Part shown: positions 53,601 to 64,000 of the stretch, in pieces
How positions within the stretch are numbered: the first letter of the stretch is position 1
How the letters are laid out: every line of letters starts with the position of its first letter
Assembly: GCF_963921235.1 (NCBI RefSeq)
Contig: NC_086097.1
Location: 163,868,001 to 163,932,000 of the forward strand
Direction of reading: 5' to 3'
From: Mobula hypostoma
Lineage: Eukaryota
DNA: 64,000 bases
The notes under the pieces: model-generated
Told to the model about the DNA's origin: nothing
What the model saw: the letters and a program-made list of their open reading frames with translations, nothing else
The model's database searches: none
Translations under genes and position numbers: made by a program

Positions 53601-54445
53601 AGAACTCCAGAATAATTCAAAAGCTAGTTGGCTGCTTTGATAGTGAAACAATTTATTTCTGCAGAAAATTGAATTAGCTTGGATGACTCATCCTCCTTAA
53701 CAAATCTCTACTTCTGATCTTTGTAAATGATGCATATTGTAATACAACCTTCATATCCTGTAGTTTTCACTGGATTCCTTTTAGGTGGCAGGAAGAAGAT
53801 ATGTTATCATTTCACATGATATCATAACTGGAGAATTGCAATTATGTCAGAAGAAAGCTCAAAACTCTGAGTCGCTATTCTGGCCTTCAAACCTGATCTT
53901 GATTGGTCTTAATGGAGGCAGGACCTCAGGAGATCTGGTCATCTAGAGATTATAGTAAGACTCTCTGCCTTCACTTCAGCAATGGACTTGTTTTACCTTG
54001 CATAGATCTTAGGGCTTGTGAAACTGATGGGGGAATGCAGGTGAGAAGGGTACAAGGTATTTTGTAGAATATAAGGAATAGGGAGTGTTTCCTACATGCT
54101 CAGCTAGATAAAGCTTCCACAGGACGGTGGTCTGTACATGCAATGAGGTGCCAGAGGAAGTGGTACATTAGCAATATTTAAATAATTCTCCGATAGTACA
54201 TAGATAGGAAAGGTGTAGAGGGATGTGGACAAGTGGAACAAATGGGAATCTTCATCATCATGGACTAGTCAGGCCAAGGGGCCAACTTCCATGCTGTATG
54301 ACTTTGTGACTTTATAAATTTGCTCCCCTCCCATGTACGTTTGATCTCTTCCACCAACACCTCAGATCCTCCACACCTTGGGCTTCTCTCCGCAGCATCA
54401 GCGCTGAACTATCCTCTGATTAATTTAAAATAATCCCGATCACTA

Positions 54446-55048
54446 TTAGATTAGATTAGATTATGAGGACACTCGGTCCTCGTTTATTGTCATTTAGAAA
54501 TGCATGCATTAAAAAATGATACCATGTTCCTCCAGAAGGATATCACAAGAAACACAGTACAAACCAAGACTAAAACTGACAAAACCACATAATTACAACA
54601 TATAGTTACAACAGTGCAAAGCAATACTATAATTTGATAAAGAGCAGACCATGGGCACGTTAAAAAAAGTCTCAAAGTCCCGATCGACTCATCATCTAAC
54701 GCAGGCAGCAGAAGGGAGAAACTCTCCCTGCCATAAACCTCCAGGCGCCGACAGCTTGCCGATGCATTGGAAGCACCCGACCACAGTCAACTCTGAGTCC
54801 GTCCGAAAACCTGGAGCCTTCGACCAACCCTCCGATACAGCCTCTCCGAGCACCATCCTCTGCCGAGCGCTTCGACCCCGCCCTGGCCACCGAGCAACAA
54901 GCAAAGCCGAGGACTCGGGGCCTTCTCCTCCGAGATCCTGGACCACACAGTAGCAGCAGCAGCGAAGCAGGCATTTCAGAAGTTTCTCCAGATGTCCCAT
55001 CAAATCAGGATTGTGCACGGCACCCTACTTGACAAATAACACACACAT
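54446..55048 (-). mobile_element. Non-LTR element with (TCTAA)n tail and GC-rich body
   Basis: ATTAGATTAGATTAGATT tail, TTTATT poly(A)-signal complement, CpG-rich body; short TATTAG flank repeat. Confidence 0.55.
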
Positions 55049-57079
55049 ATTAGGCACCTTCCTGTTATGTTCAACTCCAGGCCAACCCTAACCAGCATTG
55101 GGATGCCTCCCTCAAACACCTTTAGTCTATCTGCACTGCCGTTTACCATCTGATCCCCCTGCCCACCACCAAGAAACTGAATCTAAACCTCCCTGAACAA
55201 AGGGGAACTGAGATCTCACTATTATAGGAAATAAACAGACTGTTATTCATTGTCTGTTATTCAATAGCAGATCTATTCATTGTCCTTGGTGCATTACTTT
55301 ACAGTCAGGTAGGTCCATTTTATCCTTCCATTTCATAATTCCTTTAAAATGATAAACCTGGATCATCATGTCTTTATATATGCTCCAGGAAATTTGGCTG
55401 TTTGTCATCAATTTCAACTGGCATACTCAATAAAATTTATTGTGCAAAATGATTTATGTGTAGACTTAGCACAGTCTTCTGAAGACAGTATATTATGATT
55501 AGAACTTGGTGGTTACTATATGGTTAATGCAGTGACTTACGTTCTGTTACATAGTCAAGTTAAAGTTATGGTTTTAACCAACACTGACTTCTAAGCTACC
55601 TGGAGCAGCCCCATGCCTGACAACTGGGGAAAAAAGACCTGTTCTTCTATTGTACCTGTTGTGATGATGCATTGCAAGGCAAAGGCTGTGACAGATGAGG
55701 AGCAAAGGAGAGATGTGGTTTGGTCTCAGTGAGAATGACAGACCTGATTCACTCATTCAGGCCTGAGTTCAGGATTTCCCGGTGATTTTGATGTTCCTAA
55801 GTGGACTGTCAGAGCAGATTCTAATGGTTATCAGGCTCAAGTCTTGAAATGTGTTCTAATTGGCACCAAGCGGATTTATTCACAACAGGTTAAATAAATA
55901 GCAACTGAGACACTGATTCTTTGCAGAGGGGAATTAGGGAAAAGTTAGGGGAACTTGGCTATAGAGTTAGCATAGGGAATGTACAGATAGGTTCTGCCCT
56001 GTTATAGCTATTGCATAAAGCTATTACTAACCAGAGTGTTATCCAGTCAGTTCAATAACTGGAGCAGCGTAGCTCATTGAGCAGAGGCAAAGGAATGCTG
56101 TGGCTGTCTGCTCTCTTATCAATGCACCATTGCTTCCTCTGCCACTTTCAACCAGGAAAACAAATTGTTTATTTTTTTTGTTGTATTTTAAATTTTATGT
56201 CTGATTATTTAAGGCAGAGGGAGAATGAGTAGAGGTTGGTCACCCCGTCATTAATTCTCATTGCCCCAAGGCAATTGGTCTGTGGCTGATGTTGTGTGCT
56301 CAATGTTATAATTAAGCCTGTGCTCTGGCAGGGAAAATAAATGAGCTTTCTCCATCCACTGTGCTGCTGAGGTTTTCTGATTGTTTATTCATTGTTGCAC
56401 ACAAGAAATCTTCAAGAATTTGAGTAAGCTCTACCTGTTTCTAAATAAAACTGCAAAAAAAAGACAAAGCTTCAAAATACAAGAAATAGTATCAATCACA
56501 TTTATATAACAGTAGTCCCCATGTTCCTGTCACTTGTTCAAGAGATTCAATCCATCTCTCCCTCACTGTCCCCTCCAGAAATGTTGGAGGAAAATTTGTG
56601 TCAGCTGCCTCTCTCTGACACTGATTTCAGTAGAACTACTCGTGCAGAGGAAAGTATGATCTGTAGCCAATACGCTTGTACTTGTGTAGTGCTGTCATCC
56701 AAAAAAGGAATTTCAAAAACAGTTGTCCTCCCCCCACCCCCCCATATTACTGTCTCTGGCAAGTTATTTTATAAAACTATCTGGTGGGTGGAAATATTGC
56801 AGTTAGCTTCCCTTTTTACTACTAATTTATGACTTCTAAATATTCCACCAACAGTGAAAAGCTTGCTTGTATTAAGACTTGTTAATTCCCCTCTTTAGTT
56901 TGAAATCTTCAGTCACGTCAGCTCCTGCTTTCATATTTCAAAGGGGACTAAGCCATTTAGTTTTAACCTTATTGAAACATAACAGTGTTAGCCCAGATAG
57001 TAGTTGTATGATGCTGTTATGTTTTTAGATTTATCCAATTTAGAATGTATTCTTTTCATGGTGGTAACTGACTCTGGGT

Positions 57080-57633
57080 TGTTGTAGAAATTACCGGAGA
57101 GACAGTCACTGGTAGATACAAAGCAGCTTCTTTACTTGACACAACAAAGTACAGCAGGCATTTCAAGACGCTTTCTGCAGAAAGGTCTGCTAGCTGAATG
57201 TGGGCTCAATATTTATATGCTAAACACAAAGGCAATCGCTACTTAAAAAGTTATAGACAATGCTTCCTATTGAAGCTACATACAAAATCTCACACCATCC
57301 TTTCCTCCCGATGCCAACATGTCTGGGTTGGTATCTACAGCCTTTAGGAATGTAAGTTAAGTCTACGATACATTTATTTTGCATTTCCCTTGCTAACATA
57401 GAAGACAATTAATGCAATTAATATTTATAATGTATAGGTGTGGTGATACTGCCTTCAAAACTATATTATCAGGTCAATTCTACCAGAAGCATCTGGTATT
57501 TACACCTTTTAGGAAACCCATTGTGGTGGACTCAATCCACAGTCCTTTGTCAAACAGTTAAAATAGAAGTCTGGTGGCCAAAGTCATTTAAGTTTTAACA
57601 AATCATCTACCCAAAAAGAAATCCACCCTAAAA
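57080..57633. mobile_element. Possible solo LTR
   Basis: Starts TGTTGTAG, ends CCCTAAAA (degenerate); GGGT repeated at 57076-57079 and 57634-57637. Confidence 0.35.
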
Positions 57634-57959
57634 GGGTTATTTAGTGTTGATTAGTATATTCATTTGGTGAGTCGTGGTATGAATTTACTGGACTGAAGGG
57701 TCTGTTACTGAGGTGTAAGACTCTGCCACACTTGCTGGTATTGATGTGCCATGGTTTTCATTTGGAATATCGCAGGAAAACTTGGACTACCTAGTTCTGA
57801 GACATTTGTCCAATATAATGTGCCCTTACACCTGCAATGTTGCCTGAAGAAACCACGTGTTTAGTGAAGCTGTTACCCATATGCTTTCTCCCCATCTAGT
57901 AGAACAGAATCCCCACTCCCCAAGCCCACCAACCACTCTTGATCTCCTGACTCACCTCT

Positions 57960-58100
57960 TAATGGTATCTGTCCAGATGAAGGTTCTCAACCCAAACATC
58001 AACTGTCCATTTCCTTCCACAGGTGTTTCCTCACACATTGAGTTCCTCCAACAATTAGGTTTTTGCTCCAGATTCCAGCATATGCAGTCTTGTAGTTTCT
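57960..58100 (+). mobile_element. Degenerate Penelope-like pLTR fragment
   Basis: GTCCAGATGAAGGTTCTCAACCCAAACATCAACTG...GAGTTCCTCCA...GCTCCAGATTCCAGCA. Confidence 0.6.
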
Positions 58101-60940
58101 GTGACTTGTTCTCCCAGCACAAAACTCACTGATCTGTTCCCCCCTCCACTTTCACTGCTGCACCCTGCACTCAGAAAAATCCTGGCTCATGCCCTATGCT
58201 TGCCCACGATAAGGTCTCACTCTTCCATTACCTCCACCCACATAAATCCTCCTCACACCTCCACAGCATTTTCTTGGCTTCTGTTCACAATTTCAACCCC
58301 TCCCAATTGTTGACCTCTAATCCTGACCATGGGCCTAATCACAGCCTGTTTTATTGCAATTGAAGATTTATTTGATGGGATGTTAACTGAAATGACACCT
58401 GAGTCACCACAAGTGCACTGCTCTTGCTCTTTCGAATGTGCATTCTAGAGTTTCTGGGCCATTGTCCCAAATGAGAAGATGATTAGAACAATCAAGAGCA
58501 ATTCTGGAGTGATGGACAAAGGTTGAAGGAGTCAGGGATTGGGAATTAACTGAACAATTTAGTGCTTCTGCTGTGAAGCATTTATTGGAAATTCATGGTG
58601 TTTAGTGTCTGTGCAATGTTTTTCCATTTATTATTGAGCACTAAATGCTCTAATTTACCTTAGAGTTAAGCAGTGCCAAATATAACAGAAAACAGTTTGT
58701 GATCTTGACACTGTGGATGCCAGAGTGTTCATCAGTTCCACCCAAATAATTTATGTTGATGACAATATTTGTACAGCAATTAAAATGGATTCTGAAAGAA
58801 TATTACAAAAACATGTAAGGATCTAATTTCTCAAATTATAATTTCTCAGTAGTATAATTATTTAGATGATTGCCAGAGTTTTATACTTTAATGATTTTCT
58901 TATGTAATTCAGATGACTTTCCTTATATAACTGTCCTTTATTGTGACAACTTCTCTAATTTAAAAATGATTTTCCTCTGTTGTGTTTTGGGATTTTTTTC
59001 TTTCAAGTGGTTTGTTTTGAGGAGAAGATTTGCAAATAAGTTCTATTTAGCCCAAGTATTGAATAAGGCTTAGAAAACAGTCCACAAAATACTGCTTGTG
59101 CCAGTATTTGTATGCAATATGAAAACACACAAAGCCCCTGCTTACTACAGTAATCCACAGCCGCTCTGCTTGTTTTAGGGCTACATTTAAATGCATTCTT
59201 TTCACAAAGCGAAGATACCCTCGCAAGGCCAAGATTTGTTCTTCATTGCATAAGTGACCGTATATAATATTAAGCCCTACAAAGTCTAGTCCCTTGAAAA
59301 AGCTACTCTGTTCAGCTGACTACAAACACTTCTTTTTCTGTTTAATGTCAACCAGTGTTATTTGGTTCACAGTCTCAAAGTAATTATCTACAAGCCAGCA
59401 AAATGAGCACAATCTAAAACACTTCATTGATTGACTTGGGGCTATGTTTCTTCAAATGAATATACAGAAGGATTTTATTTCCCTACAGGTATATTTTGTC
59501 AAGCAGGTCAATGAAAATGTAAAATACAAGTTTGTACTAAAGCTTGGTACATGCTTGAGTAGTACTGAGCATCGATCAAGACCGTTTAGTTGATGAATTC
59601 CCCTCGCAAATATGCTTTCTCATGCATGACCCATGTAAGTGATTACTGTCTGTCACTGTCACGGATAATTTTGATACCATATAGCTAAAATAAAACAAGT
59701 TAAGATATCTGAATTCATTTATACATGTACATTCTTTCCTCCAAGTAATGCGGTTATGTAAAAAAAATGTGTTGACTGGAACAACTTTTTCAGTGTCTGA
59801 AGATCAGTTTTTCAAAACGTGCATCAGTGCAATATATAAAGGCATTCAAAGTTGATGTCCATATCTAAACCGCCAATAAACAAACAGTAAATCTTCTCAA
59901 TCTTGAGAAAATGAAATTCTGTCATACATTATCAGTATCAAAATTCATGTTCTCAGCTCAAGAATCATGGTAGTTTGGGACATGTTGTTAATCAGGATGC
60001 TGGCTTTTGACATAAATATAATTGAGTATTAGATGGTACTCACTAGGAATCAAACTTACTCAAAGCCTGGTAACTTCATCCTCATCCACCTTCCTGCATC
60101 TAACGCACAAAGCGGTTCCTGAGTCTCACCTAGCTACTTGTCATCATTAGTCAGGGATCTTCCCAATGACAGCAACACTGTGTGAGATGCTGGTTTTGTT
60201 TTAACTGCGTAGAGACTGTTACTGACCTGGAAGATGTGTCATCTGGCGTGGGGGAGGAGGTAAGCAGACAGGTTGAATGATGATTGGTTGATTGGACATT
60301 CTGTTGCATTGCTGGCTTAGCATTACAATTCACTTTGTGGGCACCCTGATTGCTAGTCTAATGAGCTCCCAGTAAAGAACAACATTGTATGTCATTAGTA
60401 ATGAAGTGGAATGGAGGAAATGTGATGGGAGGCAATCACCAGGACAAATTGTCTTGTGGATTCACAATAAAATATACACAATTTGGATTTGAGTTTGTTT
60501 GTTGCGATAACTGTTATTGATGTACCTAGAACATTTTTAAAATAAGTTTTACCCATTTTACATGCTTACCCCTTTCTTCTGTAATTCTGAGGAAGTGCTT
60601 GTTTCCAGAGACGACTACCTTAGTTCCCAACAGTCTCCTGTTTTTCCCTGAAGATGAAGTCTTCATTCTGAAGGTTTGCCTGATCTAGTGCATTTGTAAT
60701 TCTGTGCCTCACACTACATCAGAAGGGTTACAGTTTATATTGGGAGTCAGAAGATAGTCGTGGAAGCATACAGCACTGAAACAGTCCTTTAGGTGCAACT
60801 GGTCCATGCCGAGCGAGCTGCCGACTTAGCCAGTCCTATCCGCCTACGTTTGGCCCACATTTGCCTCAACCGCTCCTATCCACATACATTTCCTTTTCAT
60901 GTGTGCTGTTAATTTACCGGCCTCAGCCACTTCCCCTGTT

Positions 60941-60977
60941 CACTCAAGAGATTCTGCTGCTGCTCTAAACCTTGAGC

Positions 60978-61029
<52 letters not shown>

Positions 61030-61223
61030 GTGCTGGAGGAACTCAACAAATCATGTAGCATCTATGGAGGAGAATAAACAGTTGATGAAGGCTTGAGACC
61101 CTTCACTGGGACTGGGGAAAAAAAGGAACAGAAGCTAGAATAAGAAGGTTGATGATCCATTTCCCTCCACAGATGCTGCCTGACCTGTTGCTTATTGCTC
61201 CAGGTTCCAGCATCTACAGACTC
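60941..61223. mobile_element. Old Penelope-like pLTR fragments in inverted arrangement
   Basis: GAGATTCTGC...GCTGGAGGAACTCAAC...GAGACCCTTCACTGGGACT, followed by CACAGATGCTGCCTGACCTG...TTCCAGCATCTACAG. Confidence 0.65.
60981..61026 (+). repeat. (AC)23 microsatellite
   Basis: Perfect dinucleotide run. Confidence 0.95.
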
Positions 61224-61882
61224 TATCAATTAGGAACCATGTTTACTATTCCCACCACTAGGTCAAAGCTACTGATGCTGAACTGCTCACGCTGCTACTC
61301 GCTCGAGATTGGATAGTTGTCACAAAACAGCCACCTGACACTTCCAGGTAAGGTGGCTGAACTGAAAAGAGAAAAACCAATAGCAGTCCTAAGTTATTTG
61401 TAACCAGGTTTGCACAAACAAAACATGGCAATTAACATTTAATTTCTCCCAGACATGAAAAGAATCAAGGGATCTGGGATTGGAGCAGGAAAGTGGAGTT
61501 CAAGTAACAGGTCAGCCATGTATTAGTCTAATGGCAGAGCAAGCACAAAGGGTCAAATAGCTGACCGATGTTTCTACTTCTTATGTTCTTCACTGCCTTC
61601 AACATAAACACAGCATAAATGAGTGCAAAATGAATTCTGATGATGTATTGAGCAACATCAGTCTGAATATTTAAAGGCTGCCAGATATGGCTTTGATCTT
61701 ATTGGAGAATATAGTATATATTCACTTACAAATCAAATGAATGAGCTTACTTGTTGTTTGCCGTTGGACATAGTCATAAAGATAATCCATATTAAAGGCT
61801 TATGATTTCTTAGCACAGAAAAATTCTTTTTCAATACTGCAGTTTCTGGACTAAAGGTAGATGTTTTCTTTCCTTTCAAAAG

Positions 61883-62191
61883 ATCCCATGCACGGACCTA
61901 GGAATGTGGAAGTTATGGAAATCAAGTCAAGACAAATCACAATCCGCTGGGAGCCAGTGGGCTACAATGTGACCCGGTGCCACAGCTTTAACCTCACGGT
62001 TCATTACCGGTACGTGGTGGGAGATCAAGAACACGTGGGCGAGGAAGTCTGTCAGGACACTGGGCACTCTTCGCCACAGTACACCCTGCGCGGTCTGTCA
62101 CCATACACGAACGTCAGTGTGAAACTGGTCCTGATGAACTCAGAGGGGAGAAAAGAAAGCCAGGAACTTGTGATCCAGACAGATGAAGATG
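61883..62191 (+). CDS. PTPRM: Internal coding exon (phase 1-1, 309 bp) encoding a fibronectin type III domain of a type IIB receptor protein tyrosine phosphatase, best match PTP-mu
   Basis: Pyrimidine tract and AG at 61881-61882, GTAAGC donor at 62192. Translation DPMHGPRNVEVMEIKSRQITIRWEPVGYNVTRCHSFNLTVHY...LSPYTNVSVKLVLMNSEGRKESQELVIQTDED aligns without gaps to the recalled mammalian PTPRM FN3 segment. PTPRT is the main alternative. Confidence 0.85.
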
Positions 62192-63109
62192 GTAAGCAAT
62201 GAACGGTTGAAGCTTGAAGCTTAATTGTGATCGATGACAATGTTCAAAGTACCCTGTATATGCAGGATTCAATTTTGACCTTACTTACCCTGTGTGTGTC
62301 CTGCCTTGTTTGATATTAGCCTTGCCTCTGGGTAGGTGGCAAAAACAAATGCCTTTAAAACCTTCTCCGAGTATCCAGATCGAACATAGAACACTACAGT
62401 AGAGGAAGAGGCCCTTTGGCCCATGGTGTCTTTGCCCAACATGACAACAAATTAAATTAATTCCCTCTTCCTGCACATGATCCATGTCCCTACATTACCT
62501 ACATGCTCATGTGTCTCCCTGAAAACCTGTAAGCGTCATGATTGTGCCTCTTTTCTTCACTATTCATGGCAGGTTGCTGCAGGTACCTGCTACTCTGTGT
62601 GTGTAAAAAAAATCTTGCTCTGCACATTCCATTTAAACTTTTCCCTTGTAACCTTTAACGCTATAACCTCTAGAAAATGACAGGGAGCGAGATTCTGACT
62701 GCACACCTAATAGAGTGAATTGTGAATACTACTGAGGAATATCATTCTACAAATAATTTCATACTACTATGTAAAATACCTGGGGCACCCTAAACACAAT
62801 TGTTATTTTAACACTGCCCTCCATGGGGAAGTGACTTTTTCCCAATAGGTGAATTAGAAACAGGCAGGGACATAGGAGATTTGTTTTACTAGCTTTGCTT
62901 CGTGTTCCCTGTGGAAGGTAGAAATCTTTTCTGGTCCCGTTACCAGTGTGTGGTTGGAGATCACGAAGATATTAAGATACACAACGAAAGGTGCAGTATC
63001 CTCGGCTCCCTCACTGTCTCCCCTTCTACTAGAAACTCCAGAGCCTCAATGCCATTCGGAGCACGAGTTTGCTAGGTTTGGGATAATTAAATGAAACCAG
63101 TGCAACACC

Positions 63110-64000
63110 ATAAAAGCATAAGATACAGGAGCAGGATTAGGCTATTCAGCGCTTCAGGTCTGCTCCGCTATTTCATCATGGCGATGGATTTTCACTCTCA
63201 GCCCCATTCTCCTGCCCCACCCCTGTAACATTTCACACCCTGACTAATCAACAACTTATCGACATCCATTTTAAATACATTCAGTGACCTGGCCTCTCCA
63301 GCTACCACTGGCAATGAGATCCACAGATTTACTGACATTTGGTTTAAGAAATTCCTCCTCATCTCCATTCTAAATGGACGTCCCTCTATTCTGAGGTTGT
63401 GCTCTCTAGTCCTAGATTCTCCCACTGTAGGAAATATCCTCTCCACATCCACTCTACATCGACTGTATCTAGGCCTTACAACATTCAATAAGTTTCAATG
63501 AGATCCCACCCCCCGCCCCACAACTCTTCTAATCTTTAGCAAGTACAGGCCCAGAGCCATCAAACACTCCTCATATGATAACCATTTCCTGGAATTATTC
63601 TCGTGATCCTCCTCTGAACCATCTCCAATGTCAGCACGTCCTTTCTTAGAAAAGGGGCCCAAAACTGCTCACAATATGCCCAATGAGATCTCATCAGTGC
63701 CTTATTAAACCTGAGCATTACACCCTAGTTTTCACATTCCAGTCCTCTCAAAATAAATGCTAACATTGCATTTGCCTTCCTCATCTCTGACTTAACCTGC
63801 AAATTAACCTTTAGGGAAACCTGCACATGTACCTCGGATCTTTGAATTTTCTGTCTGCTTGGAAAATAGGCTATGCTTTTGATCCTTCTCTTAAAGTGCA
63901 TGACCATACACTTCCCAACTCTCTATTCCATCTGCCACTTCTTTGCCCTTTCTCCTAATCTGTCTAAGTCCTTCTGCAGCCTCCTTGCTCCCTCAACGTT
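63110..64000 (-). mobile_element. CR1 LINE 3' fragment
   Basis: RVDVERIFPTVGESRTREHNLRIEGRPFRMEMRRNFLNQ...LWISLP; KANAMLAFILRGLE. Confidence 0.85.

Noticed and set aside
59470..59530. Possible cryptic exon after TTTTATTTCCCTACAG
   Set aside because: No convincing donor site and no similarity to R2B phosphatase sequence.
61861..62202. 113-aa ORF as a standalone gene
   Set aside because: The start MFSFLSK lies in the splice acceptor tract and the end runs past a GT donor; it is an internal exon.

Overview
Eukaryotic, AT-rich, repeat-dense genomic DNA. The repeat families present (CR1 3' ends, Rex/Babar LINEs, V-SINEs, Deu-domain SINEs, Penelope-like elements) suggest a cartilaginous fish, probably a ray; this is inference. 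Only one host exon is recognisable: a 309-bp fibronectin type III exon of a type IIB receptor tyrosine phosphatase (best match PTPRM) at 61883-62191 (+). The rest is most likely intron of that gene. A full-length but decayed Ty3/Gypsy LTR retrotransposon (7180-11739, -) with CsRn1-clade hallmarks (tRNA-Trp PBS, CHCC-type Gag knuckle, 4-bp TSD) sits inside a Rex/Babar LINE. The most striking structure is a family of Penelope-like insertions carrying minimal type I hammerhead ribozymes. They form inverted hairpins with 13-15-bp TSDs and a fixed asymmetry: one arm always stops at GTGTTGCT, while the other carries an extra ~30-40-nt tail. One copy retains a GIY-YIG remnant and another inserted in frame into the Gypsy pol gene. 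Most short ORFs in the supplied track are noise or TE-derived. Boundaries of old repeats are approximate, and protein or family comparisons are from recalled sequences, not database searches.
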